From Octopus vulgaris (Eukaryota), in assembly GCA_951406725.2 (NCBI GenBank), contig OX597814.1, forward strand, positions 100,936,001-101,000,000: a DNA stretch of 64,000 nt, given 5' to 3'. Position 1 is the first letter of the stretch. Each line of letters opens with the position of its first letter. The position numbers and the translations under genes are program-made. Positions 42,753-57,500 of this stretch are shown here, one piece after another. The notes beneath the pieces are model-generated. The model saw only the letters and a list, made by a program, of their open reading frames with translations, was not told where the DNA came from and searched no databases.

Positions 42753-43767
42753 TATATGTATGCATGTATGTATGTATGTATGTATGTATGTATGTATGTA
42801 TGTATGTATGTATGTATGTATGTATGTATGTATGTATATAAGTTTGTTTAATGTTATAAAACAATTCTACATTAAACTGAACGATTTCTCAATACACTTG
42901 GTAGAGCACAATGCTTTTTTTTATTCTTTAGCAATAACTGTATCGACAGTGACTTCGAGTTTAGGCCAGCTACGCCTTCGGCGAATTGTGGTGCATTTGA
43001 GTTTATCTTGGAGTTATACAGTGTCTCTTAAGTTTTCTTGTGTAAGGTGAGTTCTATCGGATGATAATTCAGTTGTATGGTAGACTGTGATTGTAAAATG
43101 TTATGGAGAAATTTTTAATTGTGCTATTGTTTAGAATTTATTGAAGCATGTCAAACTTCTTAATAAAGTGTGTATATTTATGTGTAATATCTTCAGGTCA
43201 TAGGTGATCATAAATTAATGTAGCTATTAGAAGGTGTATGCTAGCCAGCACGTGCCAATAATATAGGTGCTTTTGGTTTTAGTTGGATATTAAGTAGATA
43301 TTTATCCGTTTGTTTTGAAATTATGAAGGTTAAATCTCTGAGTTCCGTCCAGTATTTAGACTTTTATAATGAGGTGTATTTATTTAACTGTGTCAGCTAT
43401 TAAGCAATGGGATTTTAAGGGTTCACAAAAGAATGTAAGTGGGCTTTAAGTTTTAGTTTGTTTGCCGGCCGGTATCCTTTAGCGTTTTTCAACCGTTTCT
43501 ATTGGGAAAGTTTTGGCTATCTCTTAATCAAGTCATATCGTTATTAGCAAGGAAAATTTATTAATATCATGTTTTAATGTCCACACGAGAATGTGTAAAT
43601 GTTGCTTGTCAGTTATTTGTAGGGGAACATTGTTGTCAAAATTATTTGGTTACGATATATATATAACTGAAATTAAAGAAGGAAAAGGCACATACGTTAC
43701 ATAGTTTTAATATACTTTTAAATATTTTATATTGTGTTTTTGTCAACTGGTTTTGCTTTCGCTAATC

Positions 43768-44082
43768 ATGGACACCCAAACTGTGGAACATGCCCCAAAC
43801 CACTCGATGGTTCGGATTTCCTTTTCAAACAAGGGAAGAGGTTCACAATTAAAACCAACTTCACTTGTGCCTCTGAGATTCTAATTTAAATAATAACTTG
43901 CTCGGGTTGTGGACATAACTATATAGGACAGATGAGTATGATACTGAGACGGAGAATCACTTTACATAAAGAGCAGATCCGATTACCACAATACAAACCG
44001 ATTCCTTTAAGTGAACATATAGATGTGTAGAAATGTGCAAGTAGGATCTAACCAAATTTCAGTTTCCCCCTTCTACCAGTGC
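43768..44082 (+). pseudogene. PLE (Neptune-type) Cys-rich linker and GIY-YIG remnant
   Basis: GHPNCGTCP...FTIKTNFTCASEILI*IITCSGCGHNYIGQ...LRRRITLHKEQIR...PLSEHI. Confidence 0.85.
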
Positions 44083-44086
44083 ATAG

Positions 44087-44289
<203 letters not shown>

Positions 44290-44290
<1 letters not shown>

Positions 44291-44506
44291 TCCTTTCTAT
44301 TATAGACATAAAACCTGAACATTTGGTGGGAGGAGACTAGTCGAATACACCGAAACCAGTGTTACATTGGTACTTAATATATCGATCCCCGAAAGGATGA
44401 AAGGTAAAGTCGACTTCGGGGGAATTTGAACTCGGAACGTAGCGAAGGGTGAATTACCGCTAAGCATTTCGCTCGGATTGCTAACGATTCTACCAATAAA
44501 CCGCCT
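44290..44506 (-). mobile_element. SINE family B
   Basis: Reverse complement of the 18883 copy; embedded in (AAT)n. Confidence 0.88.
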
Positions 44507-44517
44507 AAATAATAATG

Positions 44518-44578
<61 letters not shown>

Positions 44579-44604
44579 TACACATACAATAATAATAATA
44601 ATAA

Positions 44605-44761
44605 TACACATCCTACGCACATCCTGCACACATCCTACGCAGAACACTTTCCATACAATAACCATCAGAGCATCACAACAAATCACAGCACATACCCAAG
44701 GCACACAGAGCTGCGCTCGGTAGTGAAGTGAAAGCACGCTATAAAAATAAAAATAAAACTA

Positions 44762-44766
<5 letters not shown>
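44605..44766 (+). mobile_element. R4/Dong-type LINE extreme 3' end inserted in (AAT)n
   Basis: AHILRRTLSIQ* resembles the R4/Dong C-terminus (GTAHILRKVL-like), followed by a short 3' UTR and (AAT)n. Confidence 0.65.
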
Positions 44767-44795
<29 letters not shown>

Positions 44796-44797
<2 letters not shown>

Positions 44798-45008
44798 CCT
44801 TTCTACTGTAGGCACAAGGCCTGGAATATGAGGGGAGGGGATAGTCGATCACGTCGACCCCAGTACTGGACTGGTACTTAATTTATCGACTCCCAAAAGA
44901 TGAAAGGCAAAGTCGACTTCGGGGGAATTTGAACTTGGAACGTAGCGAAGGGCGAAATACCTCTAAGCATTTCGCTCTGAATGCTAATGATTCTGCGAAC
45001 CCACCGCC

Positions 45009-45009
<1 letters not shown>
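44796..45009 (-). mobile_element. SINE family B
   Basis: Reverse complement of the 18883 copy. Confidence 0.88.
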
Positions 45010-45057
<48 letters not shown>

Positions 45058-45082
45058 CAATAATAATAATAATAATAATAAC

Positions 45083-45152
<70 letters not shown>

Positions 45153-45833
45153 GTAATAATAATATTTCTAACATAGGAAGAGAGAAAAAAGCTGGAAAAA
45201 AAGGAGGAAGAAAGGAAGGAATCTAACTCAGAAAGAAAGATAAATTATCTTCTCAAATATTTTTTTTTATTCCTGTACAACGGATAGAAGTGGGAGAGAC
45301 ATCGATGTAAAAGATCAACAATGAAAATTAACGATATGATAGAAAGTTCCGCAGTTTGAACCTCATATCAACAGATCTATTTTGTTTCTATGAAAGCAAT
45401 TTTTTTGTCCATTTTATAAACCTCTGTCTCTCCCCATCATCTCCCAATTTCTTAGTTTCGTGTCATTCTCCTCCCTTTCTTTCATGCTATGTCGACTGCT
45501 TTTGTGGAAGTATATTTGAGAGCAAATATGGTAGGAAATGAACATAATATGTATGTTTGTAATTTGTTCTGATTTCCCGATACTCTTTTGTTAAAGCTGC
45601 TAGATTTAGTACACCTCTCTGTTTTGATATATTATAGCATGTACAAAGGTTAACTTCAATGATGTCACAAAGAAAATTATTATTAATAACCAAAACTCAT
45701 CTCTCCTTTCTCCGATATATGAAGTAGAAAAATCAGCGATGCAATGACAAACTATCCTAGCAAGAAAGATATATTACAATAAGTGATATATGTATGTGTA
45801 CATATGTCTGTGTGTGCAGATGCACATGTGTGA

Positions 45834-45891
<58 letters not shown>

Positions 45892-46127
45892 ATATATATA
45901 CATATATATATGCGTGTGTATGTATATATGTGTGTTTACACACACACATACATAAACATGTATGTATGAAAGCAGCTAGAACCGTGGTTAGCGAAGAGAA
46001 ATCATGAAAGAACATTAAGTTCTCGTATATGTTTTTTGTTTTCGAAGACGACTATGATAAATAAGTGACAGAAACGATCTATCATAGTTTGTCGAAATAA
46101 ATTCCTCCAAAGAGATAACTACGTAGG

Positions 46128-46246
<119 letters not shown>

Positions 46247-46685
46247 ATATATACATACATACATACATGTGTACATATATGTATGTCTGCATGTATGCAT
46301 GTATATATATATATTTATATATATATATGGATGTTCATATGTATGCGTTCATGCACAGGGAAGTTACATTCTCAGAACAAATATGCATATACATAGACAT
46401 ATATACACTCGCACATAGCTATATATAATGTATACACAAAAGAGATAAACGTGTTCATGTATGTGTATATGTGTGTGTATGTATGTATATGTATGTATAT
46501 GCATATATATGTATATACATACATAGTCTTATCTACACGCATAGAGGCATGTATGCTTACATACGTGTAAGTAGATATGTGCACGTATGTGTGTACTAAT
46601 ATATATCTATTTATAAAAATAATCATATACATGTATGTATGTTTCCATGTATGAATGTAGGCATGCATGTACTTACGTGCGTTTC

Positions 46686-46725
<40 letters not shown>

Positions 46726-47892
46726 AATATGGGACATATACATCTGGGATATTTAGGTATAATACAGATTTTGTGACGGACAGCAGAGGAGGCAAACCTT
46801 TTAGCTATTTTTTTTTATTCTATTGTAGTGGCTGTTTGGAAATTGTGCTTGCTTCGTGATTTGTCAGATCTATTTTCCTATATTTTCGACTGATTTTTTA
46901 GAATGGTTTCCTAGAGCAAAGCAGTGACTTATTTCCCTAGCTTACATATTTGCAGCAATAGAAACGTGTCTTAATTCTCACGCATTATTTAGTTTCTGTA
47001 TCTCTCATTTTCTTTCAAATATAGCGTTGAAGTCTCTTTGTTGCTGTTTCTAACGTTGTTCTGTTGTTGATATTTTGCTCATAATCACTCTAAATCGATT
47101 GGCTTAGTCTTGTCGATGCTTTTATTTCTTCTCTTTTTCGTCCTTGCATATCTGGTCTAAAATGACCAGTGCACATACATAGTCAAGGAAAGTGTTTCCG
47201 ACAAGTTTGGATATATGCTGCCCTGAGCTTAAACCAGGGGTTCTCAATGATTTTTTTATCTGTGATTTCCTTTGACTACAATTTTAGCCTGGTCGATCAG
47301 AATCATACTCTAATTCCTGAACCAAAAGGTACCTTAAGCATGACACTTCCTTTCACTATTTTCTAATCAATTCAGATGTAATAAATACCAGCCAGGTAAT
47401 AGTAAAATCCTTTTCTCCTCTAACTATCACATCCTAGGTGTTCAGCCGAGTTAAAAATGAAGAAGAGAGTGTCTATATTTCCTTGTAAGTACATAGACAC
47501 CTACAGTAATTAGCGAAAGCATAGTGTATACCATGATGCCATACTTGATTGCGAGTAACGTCTGGCAGTACTGTACTAGGGGTTCTTGAAAAGTCATTGG
47601 CTTTAATGGCATCGCGAAAGGTCTAATTTTACAGGAATGAGAAAGACTGAAGGACTGCGACAAATCCGAGAGGAGAATATGTCAAATAAAGTCATAATTA
47701 ACTGATCCACCTGTATTTTCTTTTACCCAAAGTCAGGAACTTATATCTAAATATACTTCATATTCACTACTGGAGTGACAGTGAATAACCAGACTTAAAC
47801 TTCAATTATCTGAACAGACCTGCCGGTTAAACTACAACAATTTTCCTCTTTCTCTTGAATCATGTTATCATATATGTATACTCATTTTCACT

Positions 47893-48067
47893 CTTTTACT
47901 CTTTTACTTGTTTCAGTCATTTGACTGAGGCCATGCTGGAGCACCGCCTTTAGTCGAGCAAATCGACCCCGAGACTTATTTTTGTAAGCCTAGTACTTAT
48001 TCTATCGGTCTCTTTTGCCGAAACGCTAAGTTACGGAGACATAAACACACCACACATATATATATAC

Positions 48068-48098
<31 letters not shown>

Positions 48099-48190
48099 CG
48101 ACGGGCTTCTTTCAGTTTCCGTCTACCAAATCCACTCACAAACCATGTGCTTGCCAAGCAAGCTACTTACCACACAGCCACTCCTGCTCC
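47893..48190 (-). mobile_element. SINE family A with internal deletions
   Basis: Reverse complement of the family A tail and head. Confidence 0.88.
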
Positions 48191-48798
48191 TATATATATC
48201 AACATTTTGATGGTGGCTGTTCGCAAATTACAAACAAAAGGCACAAGTATAGACATCACAAAGCTGATTAAGGGTGCTACTCATCACCAGCATTGCTAGA
48301 AATAGGAGTCAGAACAACTCTTAGCCACGACGAAGCAATTATCTAATGACTGACAAGGGAGACAAGTTCCCTACAGTAAGCGAGACAGAGCCAGATCATC
48401 GATGATTCCAGACTGGATGCGTGTGTGTGCTTGTGACTATATGTGTGTGTGCACGCGTGCGTGCGTATGTGTGTACGTGTGTGTATGTGCGCACGCGTAA
48501 GTGTGCTTGGGTGTGTATTATTAGAAGTCATTATCATAATCCAAGTCGGTACGTAGATATTTCGGAACCCTAGTACACTCGAACAATGGAAGAGATAAAT
48601 ATCGAGTGGTACTAAAAGCAATGAGAATAGATTTGCTCTGTGAAATTTATACTATGTCCGCGTATATAGAATTCAAAGTGTGTGTCACGGATGTATGTTA
48701 TTCAATTTGCATATATATTTGAATGATATGCTCGTGCTCACAGGCGTATATTCACACATATATATAGATAACCTTGTATGTGTATGCATATATATATG

Positions 48799-48849
<51 letters not shown>

Positions 48850-49157
48850 GTTTGTGTATATATATGCATGTGTGTGTACATGTATACACATGTAGATATG
48901 TACAAACCTGTACAGAGACATTTCACCACACTTTTTCAAAATACGTACATAAACCTACACTTACACAGCTCCATGCTCAGCTGATAGTGAAACACTAAAT
49001 TTTAAAATATAAGAGAGAAGCATATCTTCGAAACGAAAAAATATAAAAGAAAAAAAGTTGAAATGATTTAAGTTTTCGTTAACAGATTGTAAGCTTTTAA
49101 GTATTTTTCCTTTGCGATGAGTGAAAAGCTTACAAAATTTCTCATATACATACATAC

Positions 49158-49244
<87 letters not shown>

Positions 49245-49457
49245 TTTTCTCAATATTATAGAACTATTAAAAGACACTTTTTATGCCATTCAAAGCTGGA
49301 CAAAGCAATTTTAAAGTTTTAATTAGTTTTTCTTAAAATAGGTAATTTATGAATGCATTTAGATTTTCTATAGCGCTGTAATTAATCCATAAAAAGCTTA
49401 ATGTTATATGTGCAGCACTCTCCATTTCTCTCTCTCGCTCTCTCTCCCTCTTTCGAT

Positions 49458-49559
<102 letters not shown>

Positions 49560-49745
49560 GAGACAGTGAGAGATGGCGTTAAACATTTAAAAAAATATGA
49601 TATAACGATATGAAAATTTTTAGTGTTTCATGTAAGTGGTCATTAACATCATAGGTATAGACCAAGATAATTTTCGTTAATGTGTATACGTGCCATGTAT
49701 TAATGAGTGGTCATAGTTTCGTTAAACATACAGTGTACACGTATA

Positions 49746-49776
<31 letters not shown>

Positions 49777-49987
49777 TATGTATATATAATCGTGTGTATG
49801 TATATGTATATACCTCGTGTACATTCACTCAAACGCAAATAGAGACAACGACTGCAACACACACATACAGTTGTGCAGGTATCACTACCATAGTTACATA
49901 AGTCGAGAAAAAGTTAAATACTAATTTTCTTTCGAAGTAAACACATAATAATAACATTATTTAAATTAGCAAAATACACATACATAG

Positions 49988-50090
<103 letters not shown>

Positions 50091-50459
50091 CGTACATATG
50101 TATATATATATATATATATTTGTATGTAAGTAAAATATATATGGCAAACAACCATACAGATATAGGGAAAGGAGAGAAATACAGAAGTCTGTACGCGAGT
50201 AATATGCATAACAATGCACCCAGGATTGTCAATATACGTGTGTAGGTCTATGCTGTGTTTGAGTTTTAAGCATTTGGGTTTCAAATATGCCGCAACCTGT
50301 GTGTGCTTTTAAGATAATATACGCCTATATAGTTCTCATTAATAATATCTTTTCGTTTAAACGTGTCCTTTGTCCTAATGTAAGATTTCAATTTAGTTAT
50401 GTTAATCATGAAATGAAGATGCGATTAATGTATTCATTTCTCATATATTCTCACTCGCC

Positions 50460-50522
<63 letters not shown>

Positions 50523-50962
50523 ATATATGAGGTACGTATATGTATATTTAGATGTGTAATTATGTATGCATGCATTAATGTCTATGCTTGTGTGTATGCG
50601 TGCATCTATGTGTGTGGGTATAAGTATATGCTGTATCTTACATTTTTACATAATTGAATTATTGGACTGAGCTCTGGGTGGGATTTTAGGCGACCGCATC
50701 AATCATAGGATATTGTTACCCTATCTTTTCGACATAATGGACTCTCTTCAATAGAGGACGGACATTTAGGCACACATATACACACACTCACAAACGCGCA
50801 CATATATAAATATAGATATATGTACGTAAATATATATATATAGAAATATATATATATTTATAAATATCTATCTATATATATATATATGTGTGTGTGTGTA
50901 TAAATATATATACAAATGCATATTTATAGGTATATATATATATATAAATATGTATATATCTC

Positions 50963-51036
50963 TTTTTTTACTCTTTTTACTTGTTTCAGTCATTTGACTG
51001 AGGCCATGCTGGAGCACCGCCTTTTTTAGTCGAGCA
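50963..51036 (-). mobile_element. SINE family A 3' tip
   Basis: ttttacttgtttcagtcatttgactg..gccatgctggagcaccgcc. Confidence 0.8.
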
Positions 51037-51168
51037 ATATATCAATATGTATATCTATATGTACATACATTGTTTACATTATTTATATACATATGAATAT
51101 ATATATTTATATATATATATACATGCATATATATGTATATATATGTGTATATATACATATATACATAC

Positions 51169-51199
<31 letters not shown>

Positions 51200-51985
51200 A
51201 TATAGTTCTATATTTAAGAGATGAGGAATTATGTACATTATTTTACTACTTCACTATGAACATTGATATTTATCGACAATCGAATGGCTTAGCTATGGGC
51301 TCGCCATTATCACCGATAATAGCCAATATATACATGGAATACTTTGAGATTTTGTCTTTAGGATCAACACCACTAAAACCAACAGTATGGCTGCGATATG
51401 TTGATGACACCTTTAAACTCTGGCTCCACCAGGAAGATGCCCAAGTGATGTTAGATCATGTGAACTCAATAAAGCAATTCCATACAGTTCACTGTGGAAA
51501 AGGAAAAAGACAATGAGTTAGCATTACTGGACGTATCAATAACACGCACGAAGTATGGATTCAAGACATCCGTATACCGCAAGCCGACCTTCACTGGACG
51601 GTACCTCAACTTCAATGCCTAAAACATCGAGCAAAGAATATAAGTAGCAATCGTGATACACACCACGACAAAATGTTCAATCCCAGTAACAATCTATTGA
51701 GCAACAAAATTATAAGCCCTAAAATTCACCCAATAATTGCCACGGGCATATGGTGTAGTGGTTAACAGCGCGGACTACTAACCATAAGATTCCGAGTTCG
51801 ATTTAAGGCATAATCATAATAATAATAATAATAATAATAATGATGATGATGATAACAACAACAACAACAACATCGAAAAATACCTTATATACCCTCCACC
51901 TGATGAAGGCTGGAGGGTATATCAGCCGAACCTTTGTGTTAACAACAAACAAGACGAGAAATATCCGTCAAATGTAAATAATTAT
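51200..51985 (+). mobile_element. PLE (Penelope/Poseidon-type): inverted LTR tip, RT fragment, tRNA-like segment, hammerhead LTR
   Basis: YRQSNGLAMGSPLSPIIANIYME...WLRYVDDTF...IQFTVEKE..LLDV..VYRKPTFTGRYLNF; CTGATGA at 51900; same family as 26155-26792. Confidence 0.9.
51744..51810 (+). promoter_or_regulatory. tRNA-like Pol III A/B-box segment within PLE 3' region
   Basis: TGGTGTAGTGG (51751) and GAGTTCGATTT (51794). Confidence 0.65.
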
Positions 51986-52033
51986 ATGTAATACATATAT
52001 ATATATATATATATAATTATATGTAATATATAA

Positions 52034-52084
<51 letters not shown>

Positions 52085-52339
52085 TGTGTATATACAAATA
52101 TATATATATATATCAATATTACATATATATATGTGCATATATAAATATATATAATTATATATAATATTTATAATACATATGTATATATATCTCTCTCTCT
52201 ATATATATATATATATAATTATACGTAATATATAAATATGTGTATATACATATATAAATATATAATTATATATATCAATATATAATTGATATATGTATAT
52301 ATCTTATATATATAAGTATATAAATATGTATATGTGTAT

Positions 52340-52560
52340 ATAGTTGAAAATCATTTATAAAAAGTGGAAGAGAAATGTCTTCGTTTCTCACAGTTTAATA
52401 TCTTTTTATAAAGAAATTGTTAAAAATATATATCTAACCGGTTTTGCTTTTTAAATTAGCTTTTCAAGTGACATTGTGAAGTAATCAATTCTTGTGACAA
52501 AGGGGTCTCACCATTTCTGATACTTGAAAAATAAGAATAAGTCTAGAAAGTGAACCAAGG
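52340..52560 (-). mobile_element. Inverted PLE LTR piece with U3-A8 hammerhead-like motif
   Basis: Minus strand TTGAAAA-GCT..AGC-AAAACCGGTT at ~52435-52470, directly 5' of the RT fragment. Confidence 0.55.
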
Positions 52561-52569
52561 GAAGTGTCA

Positions 52570-53900
52570 GCATAACTTTTACAGTGGTAAACATTATAAG
52601 ATCTTGTATCTTTAATATTCAAACATGGAAATGGCCTCACAGTAAAAGAAAAAGATTATAACACGAACTTTAAATGCAAACCAAACTTTTTCTCTGTATC
52701 CCTAATAACCACAAGAGTAAAATAATTACTAATGCCTGGAAATCAAATCCATGTCTATATATAAATATCCCAACACTAAAAGACTTCAAATTAAGGCCTA
52801 TTATAGCGGGCCCAGCCTGTGAAACACACCGCCCAAGCAACTTTCTAGACATACTAAGGAAACGTTTTTTTCAGATACATTAAAAAATATCATTAGAAAC
52901 GATGTTGACATGCTAGAGCATCTTCCAAAAACCACTAACGAAGGAGCACTATTAGTCTCCTTCGATGTCATCAACCTCAACACTAACATTCCACATGACT
53001 ACGGAATAGAGGCAATAAACTTCTGGTTAGAAAAATACCCCAAAGTATTCCGGGACCGCATAAACCAGACTTCTGTCATTGAATCCCTGAAGTACATCCT
53101 ACAAAACAATTATTTCCTATTCGATTCAACATACTACCGCCAAAAATGCATATAGCGAGGGGAACGAAAGCAGCGCCTGTCCATGCGAACCTAATAATTG
53201 GGTTCTACCCTATATGAACTTTCGCTCCAAAACTTTGAACCCCCATTCCATCAGTACATAAAAGAAAACCGGGAAAGGTACCTAAACAATTGTTTTATCC
53301 TCTGGAATAAAACCTGTGATAAACACCTATATTTCAAATCTACACTGAACAATATAAACTCCAATATTCAATTTACAATGAAATATATCAAGGAACAGCT
53401 CCCATTTCTGGACATTTTGATTATAAAAACATCCAACAATCAAATTGCAACTGACATCTACTACAAACCAACAGACTCAAAACAGTATCTCCTTTTCAGT
53501 TCATACCATCCTAAACGCACCAAAATAAATATCCCATTCAATCCAGCTAAAAGGATCTGTATAATTGTGTCTGATACAACCGCTCGGGAACTTCGCCTAC
53601 AAGACCTCAAAATAATACTCATTGAACGTCGATACCCATCCGCACTTATAGTCCATGGAATTGAACGTGCCAAGAAATTGGGCACAAACACACTAAGGAC
53701 AACAAGAGAAAACAAAACAACTCATTTTAAATCACTCCCATATATATCAACCCAAAACCTCAGAAACAATGGAGCATACAACACAATTATATAAAATCTC
53801 CCTCTGCTCACTCAAGACCCGAAAATGAACAACATCCTAAATACACATAAACTCCTCAAATGCAAAAGACAGGCACAAATCACTTAAGAGATCCTAAGAA
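52570..53900 (+). pseudogene. PLE (Neptune-type) reverse transcriptase/thumb remnant
   Basis: KLRPIIAGPACET, SFDVINLNTNIP, RYLNNCFILW, IQFTM..LPFLD, YYKPTDSKQYL..HP; stops and frameshifts. Confidence 0.92.
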
Positions 53901-54249
53901 ATATATATACTTAATATATCATACCTCCACACCCACAGTTTACACAGGTAGTGTAGAATAGTTAGTGGGCTGTTATGTAGATAGATAAATCTATGTATGT
54001 GCGTGTGGGTTTATATATGTGTATATGAACATGTATGTAAGCATATAGATATGAAAAACAGATCAACATACAGGCGGATAGATACATAGGTTATATGAAC
54101 AGACATACGCAACTGGAGACTGAAACACATGACCATATATACACACACATTACTTCCCATAAGGAAACATATGGAGACACGTGTTCACAGATGGAGATGC
54201 ACATCCATACATACAAACATGGTACATAGTTACAACACACACACACAGA

Positions 54250-54988
54250 CACTAAATTGGCAATGAAATGTAGGCGGCTGACCGGATGGATTCTTAGAAC
54301 CTTTAGAAAAAGAGACCAGGAAACCATGATGGTCCTCTGAAGGACACTTGTCCTAAGCCACTTTGACTATTGCTCTCAGCTATGGTCACCATCCAGTGTC
54401 ATGTTAATCACAGAACTTGAGGCAATCCAACGAAGCTACACGAAGAAGATAGCCTCTGTGCAGCATATAGGCTACTGGGAAAGACTCAAGAGATTAAAAC
54501 TCTATTCCTTAGAGCGTAGGCGAGAAAGATATGCCATAATATACATCTGGAAGATCCTAGAAGGACTTGTCCCAAACTTTGGCATCGAGAGTTACACAAA
54601 TACTAGAACTGGGCGCCACTGCATAGTGCCAAGGACTCCAAATTTGCCATCAAGATGTAGAACAAGATACTGTGATAGCCTGAGCTTCAGAGGCCCACAG
54701 CTCTTCAATATCCTCCCGAAGAACCTGAGAGACATGCATGGGGTGGATGCAGATGTCTTTAAAATAAAACTGGATCTCTTCCTGTCAGGTGTCCCAGATG
54801 AACCAACTTCGCGGCAGAAGGTGCAGATGAGGGCAGCTGCACCGAACTCTCTCATGCACCAAATGCTAATTGCTAAAAAGCATCCGTGAAGTAAAATCAT
54901 GTAGCAGCACCAAATGGCAGTGCCCCAGCTTGGCAACAGCTCGTGAGCTGAAACTAGATAAAATAAAATAAATAAAAATAAAATAAAT
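54250..54988 (+). mobile_element. CR1-group LINE 3' end (RT C-terminus, 3' UTR, A-rich tail)
   Basis: GWILRTF...LV.SHFDYCSQLWSP...LEAIQRSYTK...YWERLKRLKLYSLERRRER; (AAAAT)n tail. Confidence 0.88.
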
Positions 54989-55224
54989 AGACACACTGAC
55001 ATGTACTCACAATGAGACAGAGATGCATAGACATAAAACACGCTCACACACACATACATAAAAAATACACAAACACGGACATGCAAGCATATGAATATGC
55101 AGAATACATACATAAAGATGCACACACATACATACATATATATACAGATGCATACACACACATATATACATTACATACATGCATGCTGACCCACACACAT
55201 GCGCACAAACAAACAAAAAGGAAC

Positions 55225-55376
55225 ACAGTGTAAATAACGGACAGAGTCAAGGTTGCAAGACGTAACGAAAATTTTAGGAAAATAAAAATAAGGAATAAGT
55301 GGAAATTTTACCGGTGAGTGTGTTAAATTAAAAGGCACAAAAAGATAACTGACTCTCCCCAGACACAACAAAATAT
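55225..55376 (+). mobile_element. PLE LTR-like piece (hammerhead core deleted)
   Basis: Reverse complement of ~58322-58480. Confidence 0.65.
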
Positions 55377-55537
55377 GCTTCAACATACGAACTCACATAA
55401 ACAATCTTGCAAACCAAATCCAAAAACGAAATGTATATGTATATATATATATGTATATATATATAAATATATATATATGTCCATGTATATATATATATAT
55501 AAATATATGTATATATATATATGTATGTCTATATATA

Positions 55538-55578
<41 letters not shown>

Positions 55579-55604
55579 ATACATATATATTTATATGTAT
55601 TTAC

Positions 55605-55649
<45 letters not shown>

Positions 55650-55851
55650 TAGACAATATAGTATCCATAATTATATAATTACCGATGCTATCATGATTTT
55701 TGACATTTTGTTTGATGTCATATTCATAGCCATCTCTAAGAATATAACAGAAAGTCCATTATCACGTATATATTTATGTGTGCTTATCTTATGAGGATGT
55801 ATATCAGTGTGTATATATATATATATTTATGTATATGTATGTATATATATG

Positions 55852-55917
<66 letters not shown>

Positions 55918-55944
55918 CGTATTTGTGTGTGAGTAAGTATGTAT

Positions 55945-56145
55945 CTTTGTGTCTGTCTTTGTCCCTCACCAGCATTTGTGAACCGGTTTTGATGTGTTCA
56001 CGCCCTCATATCTTAGTAGTTGCGCAAAAGAAACCGATAGAATAAGCAACGGGACTAAAATATTAAATATTGAGGTCGATTCTTTCCACTAAAATTCTTC
56101 AAGTTGGTGAATCAATATGACCGCAAGTCTACTGACTGAAACGAG
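55945..56145 (+). mobile_element. Diverged SINE family A 3' half
   Basis: gcaaaagaaaccgatagaataag..ggtcgat..gactgaaac. Confidence 0.7.
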
Positions 56146-56207
56146 TGATAATTAACCGATATCATAGCTTACGTAAGTATACGTATATATATATACACAC
56201 ATATACA

Positions 56208-56251
<44 letters not shown>

Positions 56252-57452
56252 GTATGTATATGGGCATGTATGTTATTTAAAAAGTCCGATGTTGGCTTAT
56301 CTGACTGAAATATCGAAGTCACTGCCAATACTTATTCTTGTTAGAGAAGAAAACATTTGTACCCTACAAAAGGCATGAATGTAAAATTGTTTTTATTACA
56401 ACTAAACAGAAAAACAAATATTAATCATATATATATATAAACACATCCATACATATACACACACATTACATTCATCACAGTCGAAACGTCAGTTTAAAAT
56501 TCTTTTCATTACATTTTTAGCACACTTTAAAAACGGTTCCATCCCCACAAGCGATTGTCATTCAATTACACTAATTGCTTTTATCTGTTGTCGCTTATGT
56601 TTCTATGCCTCTTAATCTCTCGTTGAGCCCATAAAAATAGAAGTGAAATATAGTGTTTTATTATATTGCTTTCATAGTCACGGAGATAATAATCTTTCAT
56701 ATCCAATCTCTTTACAAACAGCTAGTTTCTCTGGACGCACTTTACGAAGTGGTTTCGCAGGCGTGCAAAACAGACACGTGAGAAAAATGCTAATTCTCAT
56801 GCTTAAACAGAAAAACGTTTCTTTTGGCCAATGTCCAGACTAACCATTCAATTTGTTACTGTTGTCTTATTGTAATTATTATTTTCTTTGTCTTTTCTTC
56901 TTTTTTGTTGTGTTTTGGAAATAAATTGTTCCTGGCCAAAGATGGCGTATCGCCCGGTTCCATTATTGGCTATTTTCAATTTCAAAACCATTTCATTTCC
57001 AACTTAAGTGCAGATAGGTTTTTATGGCTATCATGGATTGATAGCCTTCTGCAATTGGTCTTTCGCAACTACAGTTGCCAAAGTCTTCTGATTGGTTGCA
57101 TCTCATAAATTGATGAAGGTATGTGAGTTGAGAATGAGGAAAAGAAGACGTAACATTATCACTGGTTTGTTATTGATAAGAGAGAGGAGAGAAAGGAGAG
57201 GAGTAAAACGTTAAGCAGATAGAAAAATAGCGTGATATTTAGTGTATGTGCGTGTGTACGCAAATTTATATATACATACGCACATATATGTATGTATATA
57301 CACATATAAGTGTGCATCTATATATGCATACATGTGTGTGTGTGTGTATGTGTGTGTATGTGAATCATTTGAATATACAAGCGTGAGAAAAGATGTAATC
57401 ATTGCAACTGTAGAACTACGCGTATACATCCCAACACAATGTACACACAGTC

Positions 57453-57500
<48 letters not shown>

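Noticed and set aside
42950-43620. Minus-strand PLE RT remnant
   Set aside because: Only a faint PKAPIL-like hint; too degenerate to call without alignment.
47235-47247. hAT-like TIR CAGGGGTTCTCAA
   Set aside because: No partner TIR or 8-bp TSD found.
51744-51810. Functional tRNA gene
   Set aside because: Acceptor and anticodon stems do not close, there is no T-run terminator, and it is part of a repeat.
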